A DNA stretch of 64,000 bases, from the NCBI GenBank assembly GCA_023213395.1, contig CM041465.1, positions 242,055,741 through 242,119,740 of the forward strand. The letters are read 5' to 3'. Made by a program: the position numbers and the translations under genes. Below the pieces are notes generated by a model. The model saw only the letters and a program-made list of their open reading frames with translations, had not been told where the DNA came from and searched no databases. This DNA comes from Cycas panzhihuaensis. Its lineage: Eukaryota; Plantae; Cycadophyta. Position 1 is the stretch's first letter. Each line of letters starts with the position of its first letter. Shown here piece by piece: positions 42,101 through 55,400 of this stretch.

Positions 42101-42849
42101 AAGGAACATAACTAAAAAGGGGAATATTACATGGACTTCACACCATTTTGTAATTATCACATATGCACATGCATGTAGAAAATAAACTAAGGAACATAGT
42201 ATAATCAAATTAAATTTTTACTTCTTACATTGGAAAGAAACTTAATTGAGAAGTGATAATTACAATGTTCACTCCCTTTTTCTTCCTTGCATCCCTTAAC
42301 CCCCCAAGTGAAAAGAAAAGGAGAGTGAAAGTGAGTGCTTACAATTCATAAGCTTTGTCAAAACAAACATTTTATTACAAATGAAATAACTTCATTTCAC
42401 ATAATAAACTACACCTTAAAAAACAAGAAGAGACATAACATTACCTCCTCTTGTAACCAAAGGAAACCATAAACAAAGCTTTACACTACAACTCAAGCCC
42501 TAAAGGTACCCCTTTAGGTATAAAGTAAACAACCCCAAACCCTAGTATTATACTTTGTTCTCATCTCATTTCTATTCTTTGAAGGGGGACCTTGATAGCT
42601 TCCCTTCCTTATGACAATAAGAAAGCTTCACCTAAGCTACTCAGTAAACTAAGGATGCCATCCCTTTACCATCTATACTTAGTAGTTCACTCTAACTCTT
42701 AAAGAGTAGATAGGGTAGTGCATGTGTTGCAGGTCCTTGAACCTACATTTTGATGCATAAATGCCCTTTAAGAGTAACCTAATCTTCTTTGATATCTCTA
42801 GACCCTTATTCATTGACCTTAGTACCATTCTAGAGTGCCATATCCTTAG

Positions 42850-43506
42850 TGTTAGATAATGTGACAACAATGTTTTAAAGGCTAAAATTTTGAAAGGTTA
42901 GTAGCACAGTTTCTCTCAAAACTTCCATGGGAGGTTACAAGGGGGGCAAGAGCCCCCCTTGGCTAGGGGAGTACACGGGGGTTGGAATGTCCCTCGCAAA
43001 GAGGAGGTCTGGGGGTGATAGCCCCCGACCCAAAAAGCTATCACTAAAAAGCACACTAAATTGTAAAAAGAATCAGGGTGGTTCACTCAAAATACTATAG
43101 ATTCTATGTTCGAGATTTGTGCCTTGTATAACTCTCTCATATAGCCTGATTTAGGATGTTTTTTCATTATATTGATGGTGTTCGATGTATTGGATGTACT
43201 ATGAAGAGTTGGGCAACTAATTATTATTGCTATGAGCATTCTACTATAGATTATATATATTTCTCCATTCTTTGATAATAAAGATTGATACCTTTACTAT
43301 GTGGATATTTCCCTAGCACACTGCTAGGGTTTTACCATGTTATATTGAGTGTATATGTGATGCTTGACTTTCTTATTCATTTTATTATATTATCTATAGT
43401 TTAAGATTTTACATGTTAAATTTCAGTTTCAATTCCTATAACTACTTGCAAAATAGTTTAGATTTTGGTGGCAGTTTTAGGTTATTGGGACCTTGTCTTC
43501 TCGACA
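42850..43506 (+). repeat. 5' LTR of Tork copy 2
   Basis: TGTTAGA...TCTCGACA. Confidence 0.95.
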
Positions 43507-43578
43507 ACTGGTATTAGAGCCACTTTTATTTTTGCAACATGTTTGTGAAGGTTTTGGTGTTAGTTTTTTCTACACCAA

Positions 43579-46500
43579 ATGGTAAAATTAGAAAATGCAA
43601 AGTTTGAGGTCGAGAAATTCAATGGCAAGAATAACTTTGAGTTGTGGAGGTTGAAAGTGTATGATGTTCTAGTACAACAAGGTTTGTATAAAGCTCTTTC
43701 AGGCAAATCAAAGAAACCCATAAGGATGGACGATGACGAATGGGATGATCTAGACAAAAGGGCTTTTAGCACAATATGATTGTACTTAGTAGATGAAGTT
43801 CTATTTAACATCATAGGGGAGTAGACAATAACAGGATTATGGACCCTGTTGGAAGGCTTATATATGACTAAATCAATGACGAATCAAATCTACTTGAAGA
43901 GGTAATTGTACTCATTATAAATGAAGGAAGGTACAAAAATTACTTACCATTTAAATATTTTAAATACTCTTATTTATCAGTTGGCTAGTATCAATGTTAT
44001 AATTGAGGATGAGGACAAGGATGTTACCTTATTATATTCATTACCAAAATTCCAAGATAATATTGTCATCTCAATTAGTTTTAGCACTATAGATGAAATA
44101 GACTATGATTTTGTTGTGAGTGCTTTACTGATGGATGAAGTGAGGAGGAAGTCTAGTCTTGAAACCTCCATACTAGAAGTTATGATAGCAAGAGGTAGAA
44201 CAATTGAGAGAGGACAAAGCTTCAAGGACACATCGAGGTCAAAGTCAAAAGGCAAGAAGAGTAAGCTCAGATGTTGGTACTATAATAAGATATGTCACCT
44301 TAAGAAGGATTGCTACAAAGGGAAGGAGTTCCAAAAGAAGAAAGATCCTGCCAAGAAGGCTAATCAAGTGGAGTTGAATCAAGGTATAGATGATGATGTC
44401 TTGGTTGCTTATAATGTTTCCTATTATCACCATGTTTGGTTATTAGATTTCGATGCTTCACATCACATGTGTCCACATAAGAGTTAGTTCTCATCATACC
44501 AACCTCTTGATGGTGGTGATGTGCTCATGGGAAATCAAGTTTCTTTTAAGAGAATGGGCATTGGTAGCATTAGAATTAAAATGTTCGATGGTGTAGTGAG
44601 AACATTAATTAAAGTTAGACAAGTACCTAATTTGAAAAAGAATCTGGTTTCCTTAGACGAACTAGATTCTGGTAGTTATAAGTACACATGTCATGAAGGA
44701 GTCTTAAAGGTACCAAATGATGCCTTGGTTATTATGAAATCCTTAAAGAAATGAAACCTTTACATTTTAGTGGGAAGTACATATGTCAGTCATAAAACTA
44801 TAACATCAAAGACTACAAAAGATCCAGCTCAGTTATGGCATCAGAGACTTGGGCACATGAGTGAGAGAGGACTTAAGGTGCTAATGAACTGTAAGTTACT
44901 TCCTAACTTACAACTTTTAGATTTGGCTTTTTGTAAACATTATATTTTTGGAAAGTAGTGTAGACCCAGGTTTAAAGTAGGGAGACACACTAGTGAAGGT
45001 GTTCTAGATTATGTACATTCATATGTATAGGGACCAGCCCCTATAATATCTTATGGAGGATCATTGTCCTTTATCATATTTATAGATGATTACTCCAAAA
45101 AGGTATGGGTCTATTTTTTGAAATGGAAATCTAAAGTTTTTAGTGTGTTTAAGCAGTTCAAGGCTCTAGTTAAGAAGAACACTGGCAAGTCAATCAAATA
45201 TTTAAGAACTGACAATGGAGGTGAGTTCAACTCCTTGGAGTTTGAGAACTATTGTAGAGAAGCTAGGATTAAAAGGCATAAGACCACTAGCTATACTCTA
45301 CAGTAGAATAGTATAACTGAGTGCATGAATAGGACACTATTAGAAAGAGCAAGAAGAATGTTAAGTAATGCAGGAGTGGAGCAGGGCTTATAGGCAGAAG
45401 CTCTTCAAACAACTTGTTATTTGGTAAACAAGTCACCATCACTTGCAATAGATTGCAAGATTCCTAAAGAGGTATAAACTAGACATCTGTGTGAGTATTT
45501 AAATTTGAAAGGTTTTGGTTATGATGCTTATGCCTTGACTGATAAAAGTCAACATTCAAAGTTAAACCCAAAATCTAAGAGATGTATCTTTGTTGGTTAT
45601 GGTGATAGAGATGGTGTGAAGGGATACAGGTTGTGGGATCCTACTACCCATAAAATCACTATTAACAGAGATGTTATATTTAATAAATCTCCCTTTCTAA
45701 AATCAAATAGTGTAGAAGTTGAAGTGAAACAAGAGCAAAAAGTTGAACATCAATAGGTCAAGTTTGAAACCCAGCCATCTTTGCAAATAAAAGAGCAAGA
45801 AGATCTTTCTAAAGATGAATCTACAATAGATATACAAGAGTATATGGAAACTCCTCCACCAACTATTAGAATATCTACATGAGTTAGTCATCCACTTAAT
45901 AGATACAACCCTTCTATTTCTATTGGTTTGGTTTCTAATGATGGGGAGCCTACATGTTATCAATAAGTAGTAGATGATATCTATAGTGAGAAGTGGAAGA
46001 GGGCTATGTAGGAAGAGATAGATGCTTTGAAGAAAAATAATTCACAAGACTTGGTAGAACTTCCACATGGTAGGAAGATTGTTGGTTGTAGGTAGGTTTT
46101 CAAGAAGAAAATAGATGTTAATAGAAAGGTTGACAAATACAGGGCAAGACTCGTGGCTAAAGGATTTGCATAGAAAGCAGCTATTGATTTTCACAAGATC
46201 TTTTCACTAGTTGTTAAACTTGTTTTAATTCAAGTTCTATTAGCATTGGTAGCTTCTCTTAATTTGGAGTTGGAGCAGTTAGATGTAAAAATAGTTTTTC
46301 TACATGGAGATTTAGATGATGGGATCTATATAGATCAGCTAGAAGGGTTTGTACAATATGGTATGAAAAGACTTATTTATAGGCTCAAGAAATCATTATA
46401 TGGCCTAAAGTAATTACCTAGGCAATGGTATAAGAAGTTTGATGCCTTCATTGAGAGCCAAAATTTCAAAAGATGTGAGTATGATCATTGTGTTTACTTT

Positions 46501-47495
46501 AAATTATTAGACAATGGCTTATTTATTATCTTGGTATTATATGTTGATGACATGCTGGTTGCAAGCAAGAGCATGGTAGAAATTAATAAGTTAAAGGCTC
46601 AATTAGCTAGGACTTTTGATATGAAGGATTTAGGAGCTTTAAAATAAATCTTAGGTATGGAGATATATAGAGAGACGAAGAATGGTAAGCTATGGTTATC
46701 ACAACAGAAATATGTGGAAAAGGTGTTAACTAGGTTTGGTATGGCAACTTTGAAATAAGTGAGTATCCTATTGGCTTTCCATTTCAAGCTTTCTTTAAGT
46801 ATGAGTCCTAGTAATGAAGAAGAAAATGATTATATGTCTCATATACCTTATGCTAGTATAGTAGAAAGTTTGATGTATGCCATGGTATGTACACGACCTG
46901 ACATTTCACATGCAGTTAGCAGGTTTATGGCAAACCTAGGAAAGGAACATTGGGTAGCAATGAAATGGGTGCTTCGGTATTTGAGAGGCACAAGTGACTA
47001 TTATATCACCTTTGGAGGTACAGGTAATTAGGTTTGTGGATATGTTGATTCATACTTTATTGGAGATTTAGATAAGAGAAGGTCTACTTTAGGTTATGTA
47101 TTTACTTTTACGAATGGTCTAGTTAGTTGGATGTCAAAATTACATAGCATAATTACATTATCAACTACCAAAGTTGAATATGTTGTTATAGCACATGCTT
47201 GTAAAGAAGTAATCTCGTTACAGGGTCTATTGATTGAGCTTGAAAGGAAACAAAAAAAGGTAAAGTATTTTATGACAGTCAAAGTGTTATTTACTTAACA
47301 AAGAATCTAGCTTATCATAGTAGGACAAAGCATATTACTCTTAAGTACCATTTTATTAGACAGGTTCTGGAAGTAGGTGGAGTGGCACTTGAGAAGGTTA
47401 ATACAAAATAAAATTATGCCAATATGTTCACAAAACCAGTACTATTAGAGAAGTTCAAATGTTATTTGACTTCTCTTGGCTTAACGAAAAGGTGA
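43579..47495 (+). pseudogene. Tork copy 2 gag-pol, degenerate
   Basis: ORF pieces for Gag, PR (WLLDFDASHHM), INT (LRTDNGGEF), RT (LYVDDML; YAMVCTRPDISHAV) and RH. Confidence 0.94.
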
Positions 47496-47543
47496 TGAAT
47501 AGTCCAGGAAAGGTATCGGGTAAATTATTGTCAAGGTAAAGAC

Positions 47544-48200
47544 TGTTAGATAATGTGACAACAATGTCTTAGAGGCTCAAATTTTGACAAGTTGGTACTG
47601 CGATTTCTCCCAAACTTCTGTAGGGGGTTCCAAGGGGGGTTAGATCCCCCTTTGGCTTGCGGGGTATGGGGGGATTTGGAATGCCCCCCGCAAAGAGGGG
47701 GTTCGGGGGTGATAGCCCCCAACCTAAAAATCTAGCACTAAAAAGCATACTAAATTGTAAAGAGAATTAGGGTCATTCACTCAAAATACCCTAGATTCTA
47801 TGGTCAAGATTTGTGCCTTGTATGACTTTTTCATATTGCCTGATTTATGGTGTTTTTTCATTATTTTGATGGTGTTCGATGTACTTGATGTACTGTGAAG
47901 AGTTAGGTGGCCAGTTATTCTTGTTGTGAGCATTTTACTATAGATTATGCATATTTCTCCATTCTTTGATAACAAAGATTGATACATTTCCTATGTGGAT
48001 GTTTTCCTAGAATACTACTAGGATTTTCCCACGTTATATCAGGTGTATATGTGATGTTTGGCTTTCTTATTCATTTTATTATATTATCTCTAGTTTAAGA
48101 ACTTGCATGTTAAATTTCAGTTTTGATTCCTATAACTAGTTGTAAAATAGTTTAGATCTTGGTGGCAGTTTGAGGTTATTGGGATCTTATCTTCTCGACA
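47544..48200 (+). repeat. 3' LTR of Tork copy 2
   Basis: Direct repeat of 42850-43506. Confidence 0.95.
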
Positions 48201-48235
48201 CTTAGTAACCCCCCTAGAGGTGTGCTTCCAGTTGT

Positions 48236-49565
48236 GGTTGAGTAGCTTGCTCATATGCCCCTCCCAATTCTCTTGAATGTAGCTATTAATAATCCATTAC
48301 CCAGTGAAACCATTTTTAATTTATAGAAAATAGAGGGCCAAATACCAAAAGATAACTAGTGGTATGGCAATATTATGTATTATATAGTTTACCAAATTTA
48401 CCATAAGAGTACCAATAACAAGGTTAGATAGTGCATTAGGGATATAACCCACCAATGTTACCTTATCCAAGACATGATATACAAAAGGTCATTTTGAAGG
48501 AGTCCTTCTCAAATGCATTAATCCCAATGAAACTAATCAAGCTCTCTTATCCGTGTCATGATAGTATTTATGGGGTAAACTTTAAGAGGCAATCCATGGC
48601 TCAAAGAGTCTTGTAAATGGATTTCTTTTAGCTAACATTATTAAAGGATGCCCATGCCTATGTATAAAAATATAAAAAATGACAAGAATATTCTAATGTC
48701 ATGCATTAATCTTGTGGCCATGCACACCACCATTTCACCTTGGACTTTCTCCTAATGGGGACTTGATCTAATTGGGCCTATCATACCCCTATCTTCTACC
48801 TAAGAAAATCTCATTCTAATAGTGATAAAGAATTTTACCAAGTAGGTAGAAGTTATTCCCATTTTATCAATTTCCAACAAAATGATCACTACATTCATCT
48901 TCTGGCACATCAATTTTCCCTTTGGATTCCTTAGTATCTTGAATACATATAATGGGACCCCACTCTCTAATAAGGAAGTTATTGAATTGTGCAAAAATTT
49001 TCACATCTCCTATAAGACCTCATCACCTTATTACTCTTAAGCAAATGAATAGATTGAGGCATTCAACAAAACCCTAATTTCTATTTTAAAGAAAATGGTT
49101 ATTAAGTCTTAATGAGATTGACACTTACAATTGTATCTCACCTTGTGGGCTTATCATACACCTATTTGAACCACCACATATATGACACCCCTTTCCTTTA
49201 TCTATGGATCAAAAGATATCCTTCCACTTAAAATAGAGATACCATATCTAAGGGTGTCTTTGAAGGGTTTTACTGATGAGGATTAACATCACCAAGCATG
49301 CCTTATTAACCTAAAAGCTTTAGATAAAAAGTGGCTTACAGCTTATTAGATGAACCTCACATAAAAATCCAAAGCTTAGAAGGCCCATGCTAAATATTCA
49401 TAACCTGGGTAATTCACCCTAGGGAACAAGGTCCTAAAGATCAAATATCTTCATGAGCATCTCCAGAAGTTTGGCCCTAAGTGGGTTGGACCCTTTATTG
49501 TTCTTTAAATTCTAGCTAATGGTGTGTATCACATCGCCATACTAAAGGGCCTCCAGTTTGAGAAG
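48236..49565 (+). pseudogene. T-C RH C-terminus and integrase, degenerate
   Basis: LAHMPLP tether, degenerate Zn-binding region, FS*WGLDLIGP at about 48750 and KFGPKWVGPF at about 49467. No aRH between RH and INT. Confidence 0.88.
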
Positions 49566-49739
49566 AGGGCCTCTAGTATCCATTTCTCTATGTCTATCAT
49601 AATTCTTATCACTCAATCAATAATGATACACTCCTCCCTTAGGCAAACCCCATGGGGGCATCATACTCCCCTATGAGTGTAAACTTGACTTTACTTCATC
49701 ATTCAGATATTCCACAATGACCATAAGATATAATTCCCA

Positions 49740-49908
49740 AAAAGTTATAATCACACTCATCTAAAAAATCATTAGGTAAACTTAAGTATAGACTCATAAA
49801 ATAGCTAATCTAATCTACACTAAGCTATGATAAGTAAGGAGTAAGCATGTACCTTCACTTACCTATTATTGTGATGTTTAGGAGATTCCTAGATTATGAT
49901 AAATAACA
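49740..49908 (-). repeat. Inverted 5'-terminal fragment of the LTR type beginning at 58493 (may extend to about 49570)
   Basis: Reverse complement TGTTATTTATCATAATCTAGGAATCTCCTAAACATCACAATAATAGGTAAGTGA...TTAGATTAGCTATTTT aligns with 58493 onward. Confidence 0.75.
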
Positions 49909-50189
49909 CATAATCAAACTAAGTATTTTTCTCTTTCTATAAAAATAAAGTCTAGTTTACATTTATGGGGAACATAATGCCTATTGTAACTTTTGAGGAG
50001 TACTCACTAAAGAGGATAAACTATGACAATAACCCTAGCTAACCTAGCCCATTACCAAAGGTTAGCTAATTTATCAACTTCTCTGCTACTCTAGTAAGAG
50101 GCTAAACTACCACTCTTTCTAAAAAAATGAGGGTAAATTATCTTGTAAATTTGTATATATACAATATGACTATGTCTCTTTAAAAGGTC

Positions 50190-50583
50190 TGATAGAAGAA
50201 TTAATGTTTCTTTCATTAATTCATAGATCTTTGTATAAATTAATATTGTATATATTTATGATAAGGGCTTCATTTCATATAAATAGTTTATGTTGCGTGG
50301 GGCTGTATTTTATCCTCATATGAAGGTGTCATAGATTAGTGTAATAATGTAAGGTACATTTAGCACCTTACATGACCCTTCAATTTGCCTTCCTTACATT
50401 TGTATAATTGCCTCATTTTATTTAATGTATGAGGCATTCTTCATGTTATATTATACTTTGATTTCTTATGAATGAATGAATACAAGCATTTTGATTTGGA
50501 GCATTAGAGATTAATTCCTATACTTTTGTGCTTACCTTTATTTTAATTTCTATGTAAGCTAGGCAAACATCCATCCTCCTTCA
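50190..50583 (+). repeat. 5' LTR of copia D
   Basis: Direct repeat of 57305-57768, shorter mainly by two internal gaps. Confidence 0.88.
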
Positions 50584-52450
50584 CTTGGCATCAAAGCTAG
50601 TCTCTACCAAGTTTGTTCATCAATCTTCAACGAGTTTATTACTTAATCTTTTCTCTCTAGTGCAACTCGTAGTGGTTGTATTCTTCTATTAAATAAGAAC
50701 TATTTACTAAATACTTTTACTATAGCTTATATGTGTGATAGATCTATTAGTTGTTTAATATTTAACCCCAGTTTGGCCCTCTTCAGATAGTTGATTATCT
50801 AGCTATATTAAATATCAATGTATATGACTATTATGAATTACTAGGCGATCTCTATTTGACCTGTATTCACACTTGCAACAAGTTGTTAATTAGTACTACA
50901 CTGTTTAAGCTACTAACCTTATTAGTAGTGGTTGTTAATTATTGTTATGTCTCTCTATTGGCATGCATTTACTTTTTTGAGGTCCTATTATGAGCTTGGC
51001 ATATTAACTACATTGTTGTCTCTGTTTGGCCAATATATGACCTTTATAGATTTAGTTAAGTATTGACTACTTTGCATGGCTTGTCTCCTACTAATACGGA
51101 TTTTGATGGCATTTTTTAATCTAAAATTTATGTTCCTTTTTATAATGTAGACATACTTCCACTATTATGTGGCTTTCCATTAGTTTATAGAGCTTGGCTA
51201 TACTAGCTTGCATTTGAATCCTGGTAGTTCTCATTGTCTCCTATTATCATTTGGCATCTCTAAGTGGATTGGTTTTAGCCCTACGTGGCATTGATTACCT
51301 TCATTGAAGCTTGACTATACTATTCATGGCCTACATAGTCTTCTACTAAGCTTGACTAGCTTGTGTGGCCCCTTTACATATCTATTATGGTAGTTTTGTG
51401 ATCTCAACATTCCTACATAGCCTCACTTTATTATTATGCCATAAATTGGTATTTTTTTATCTATTTATTGATTTTAAATTGGGTGCAGATAATTTGAGAT
51501 TGATCCAGAGAGATCCATACAATAATATAGAGGTAAACAAACCAGATTCATGCTCTAATTTTATTGATCTAAGGACTGAAAGGATTTTGTTAACTTTACT
51601 ATATTCCTACACACAAGTGGATGGATAGAAGTATGGCTTATGACCCTTTAAATTGGCCTTGGATAAGTCTACTTTATAGTCGAGAAGGTAAATCTAGAAA
51701 CCATTACTTCTATAGAGAGAATTTAGCTCTCATATCCATTCTGTTACTTAGTTTTTTCAAAATCCTTTTGCCCGAATTTGAGTTTTATATAGTTATAAAA
51801 ACTTCAGGTTATATAATTTAGTATATCCTTAGAATATTTTATTTTCAATATATTTCATAACCTAAAGATACCTTTTTAATAGGTTTTAAATCATTTAAAA
51901 GCTTTTTAGATCTTTTAAAATCTATTTTAAGGTAATTTTTAAAGTTTTTTTAAAGGTTTTTTTTTTTTACTTAAAACATTAAAATAAATCTATTAATCAC
52001 TACTTTTTTTAAAATAAACTAAAAATATTAAAATAGATAAAAACCAAAGGAACAACCTAATTATGAGCCTTACAAGGGGAATAATTAGGATCCCTAAAGT
52101 TACCACTCTATACATATTATCAATGCTTCTTAAATTTTGTGGATATTAGAGAGGATCTTTAGTTATCATGTGTAATTAAGGGTAGGTTGAGGTGTTATGC
52201 CCAAAACCTTAGAGTTTAGAAACTACATTAAACCTAGAGAGGGTGAGCACCTTGGTTGAAAGTGTTTCCTTAGACAAGGATCTATCATTTAGGCCATAAA
52301 TCTAGTGCAAGTGGGTCAATGGTGTTAAGGGAGCAATTGAACCTTCTATAGCACTTACAAACCTTTAGGTATATTGGGTCCCCAAGCTACCAATTGTGAG
52401 GATGTATACTATTAAATATGACCATCTCAACTACTAAGGGCTATCTAGGA

Positions 52451-55400
52451 ATGGAGATCACCATTTTTTAGGTAGAGTAAGACATATATTAAACACTATG
52501 GTACTTTAGAATATTTCTTGGCTTGGAAGAAATAAGTCAAGAATATTTTGATCATAAATAAACTTTATCCTTATGTTTTTAGAAAAATTCATAAGCTAGT
52601 TCTTATTGAAGATCTCAATCATCCTAATAACCTTATTCCACTTGATATTAATGTTGTATCTACCTTCCAAGAGTTTGATGAAGTCGTCCTTTCTTTCCTT
52701 TATATATCTTATGAGGATAATATTGACTAGAATATAAAACTTGTCTTTACCTTTACTAAAGCTTGGAACATCATCTGTGCACTATACAAGAGGATGGACA
52801 ATGCTAGGGCAATGATGCTTAAAGCCCAACTTTCTTCTATTATGTTTATAGGATCCATAGTAGCTCACTTGTCCTAGATTAAAGTGATTAAGAACTAATT
52901 GGCAGTTATGGACTAGCCACCAAAGGATAGTGATCTTGTATCATGCATTGTTAATATTTTTCCACCTAGTTATAATGCTCTCATATCCAATCTATCACAT
53001 ATAAGCTAGATTATTACCACTAATTTCAATACATTTAATGGTTTATTACTCCAAGAAGAATGCATTTTAATCCGTTCCGGGAATCTAAAAGCTTCCATTT
53101 CCACACTAGCATTTGTAGCCAAACATAGAGGAAGACCTTAATGTCCATAACTTACACATCAATTTGATTAGATAAATTTGAACTAATAGCCTTATCAATA
53201 GCATAATAAACCATGTTAGCCTTGATCATCTTATAATCCTTAGGTTATTTTTCACTATTATAGAAAAATTGGAGACATAGTACTAGACTATAGAAAAAAG
53301 AGGCTTGACTTTCAATAACAATAATTTTAGAACTACCCTGCTATGTAGGGCAATCAGACTTGTAGATGTGGAAACTATGAGGGACCTCAGAGATAGAATC
53401 ATCCAAACTATTAGGGACTAATAAGACAAAACCAAAATGCTCCTTAGAGAAATTGACAAAATAGAAATCATAACCATAAATAAAGAGACCACATAGCCAA
53501 TTCTTAAAACCTTTTCTTTGTTACTTTGTCATCACATTATTCTGATATCTCCTAGTTGATTGATTCAGGTGCTTCTTAACATATGATGAGTTTGGAGTAA
53601 CTCCTAATTAATACAAGATCAATCAAGGATCAATCTATCACCTTTAGAGATGATAGTACTTTAGAGGTTGCCAAGATTAGTAATGTTCATATCTCATTAA
53701 AGAATTTAAACACTTCTCATCATCTTAGTAATGTATTCTATATACTCAACATGACATGCAACTTACTTTTAGTCAACCAAATAAATAAATAAAACTCTGA
53801 TGTTTTATTCATCCATATTAAAAAATTCTTAATTTCATATCTGAATGGTAACTTAATTACCTTAAGTTATAAAGATCAAGAACTTTATAAACTTAATATG
53901 ATAACCAGACCATTGATCCACACATTTAAAGTTAGTTCTTGTAGCAATTCAACTTCAATTCTTGATCCTTCTACTTTGACATTAAATTTAGATGATTAAT
54001 TTACTTCCGACACATATGTCTCTCTTATAATTTTAAAAGACTAGTTATGGCATCGATTCCTAGGTCACTTGAAAATGGATAGCCTTCATCTACTTTATAA
54101 ATTAAATATGATGCATGGTATACCAAACATCAATGAGACAAAATATACTTGTGAGGGCTATGTAATGGGGAAACACCATTAAGCTCCTTTTAGGTCAAAT
54201 GGGAGAGCCTAACATGCTAAGGAACCTTTAGGCCTAGTACATTTAGATATATGTGGGTCCATGTCTTAGGTATCCATTAGAGGATATTAATTATTTATTA
54301 CTTTCATTGATGATTATTCTAGGAAAGTCTAGGTATATTTCATGAAGTAGAAATTAAAAGTTCTTGATAAATTCAAGGAATTTAAGCATGGCATTGAAAT
54401 TGAATCTAGAAGGCCACTTAAAATAGTTCATTGTGATAATGGAGTTGAATATACATCCAATGCATTCACCTAATTTTGTAAAGATAATGACATCAAATGA
54501 TAGTTTTCTACCCCATATACCCCTTACCAGAATGGTGTTACTTAGAAAATAAATTAGACCTTGGTCAGCAAAGGCAAAACCATGCTTCACCAAGAGTTTA
54601 TGACTTTAATTCTATGCTAAATCCCTTCATACAGATCCATACCTCATAAATAGAAGTTCTACTAAGGCTATATTGAACATTACTCCTAAGGAGGCCTAGT
54701 CAGGTCAAAGACTTATGGTCTCACACTTGGGTACTTTTGGTTATATAACATATATACTTACACATAAATAACAAAGGAAAAAGTTAGATGATAAGAGAAA
54801 GAAATATATTTTCATTAGTTATCAACCTAGTTTCAAAGCATATAAATTATATGATCCTACCACCAACCAAATTCATACATCTCAAGATGTCATACTTTTA
54901 GAAAAGATCTAGGATGTTAATATCAATCAAATTTTATTTTTTGATGATAATTCAAATAAAGCACTAATTGCTTCTCCTACTCTATAAAATGTTCCTCTAG
55001 TATATATGCCTCTAACATCTATATTTACTCCTAGTTCCATGTCTAATCCACTTGCCTCTACTTCCTTATCTTCTCCCATCAATCCTTTAAAGGATATTTA
55101 GGATGAGGCTACATTAAAATGGTTGCCTAAATAGTATATGTAGATGAACTCTTTTGTGCCTTCATCACCATAATAAGCAAACACATAACCAAAATATAGG
55201 TCATCTATTAACTTTGCCTTAATGGCATAAGTTTTGTCAGCTCCTAAACTATCTACTTTTGAGGAAGTTATATTAGATATAAAATTGCAAGAAATAATGA
55301 CTAATGAAATGGATTCATATTAGATATATGACAATAATTATGAGTAGGCTTTAATTTTTGGGATCTTTATTAGTGTGGTTTCTCTATAAATATTTTTCAA

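Larger units (their letters stand above)
42850..48200 (+). mobile_element. Ty1/copia Tnt1/Tork-like copy 2, full length (5351 bp), degenerate
   Basis: LTRs 42850-43506 and 47544-48200 (657 bp each), perfect TSD CTTAG, PBS TGGTATTAGAGC 43509-43520, PPT-like AAGGTAAAGA before 47544. Confidence 0.96.
21618..48230 (+). mobile_element. Tat-like element T-B, non-autonomous (gag-PR, PMD, aRH; no RT/RH/INT), inserted in T-C pol
   Basis: TG...CA termini with a perfect TSD GTTGT (21613-21617 and 48231-48235). LTR copies are colinear over about 2.6 kb. Confidence 0.9.
39645..48230 (+). repeat. 3' LTR of T-B (about 3.23 kb net, interrupted near its end by Tork copy 2)
   Basis: Starts TGTTTC at 39645, matches 21618-24237, resumes at 48201 and ends GGTGTGCTTCCA before the TSD. 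Confidence 0.88.

Noticed and set aside
9119-48230. Simple head-to-tail tandem array of four Tat units
   Set aside because: The TSD GTTGT and the restored KGMVV|VE*LAH frame show that T-B is nested inside T-C.
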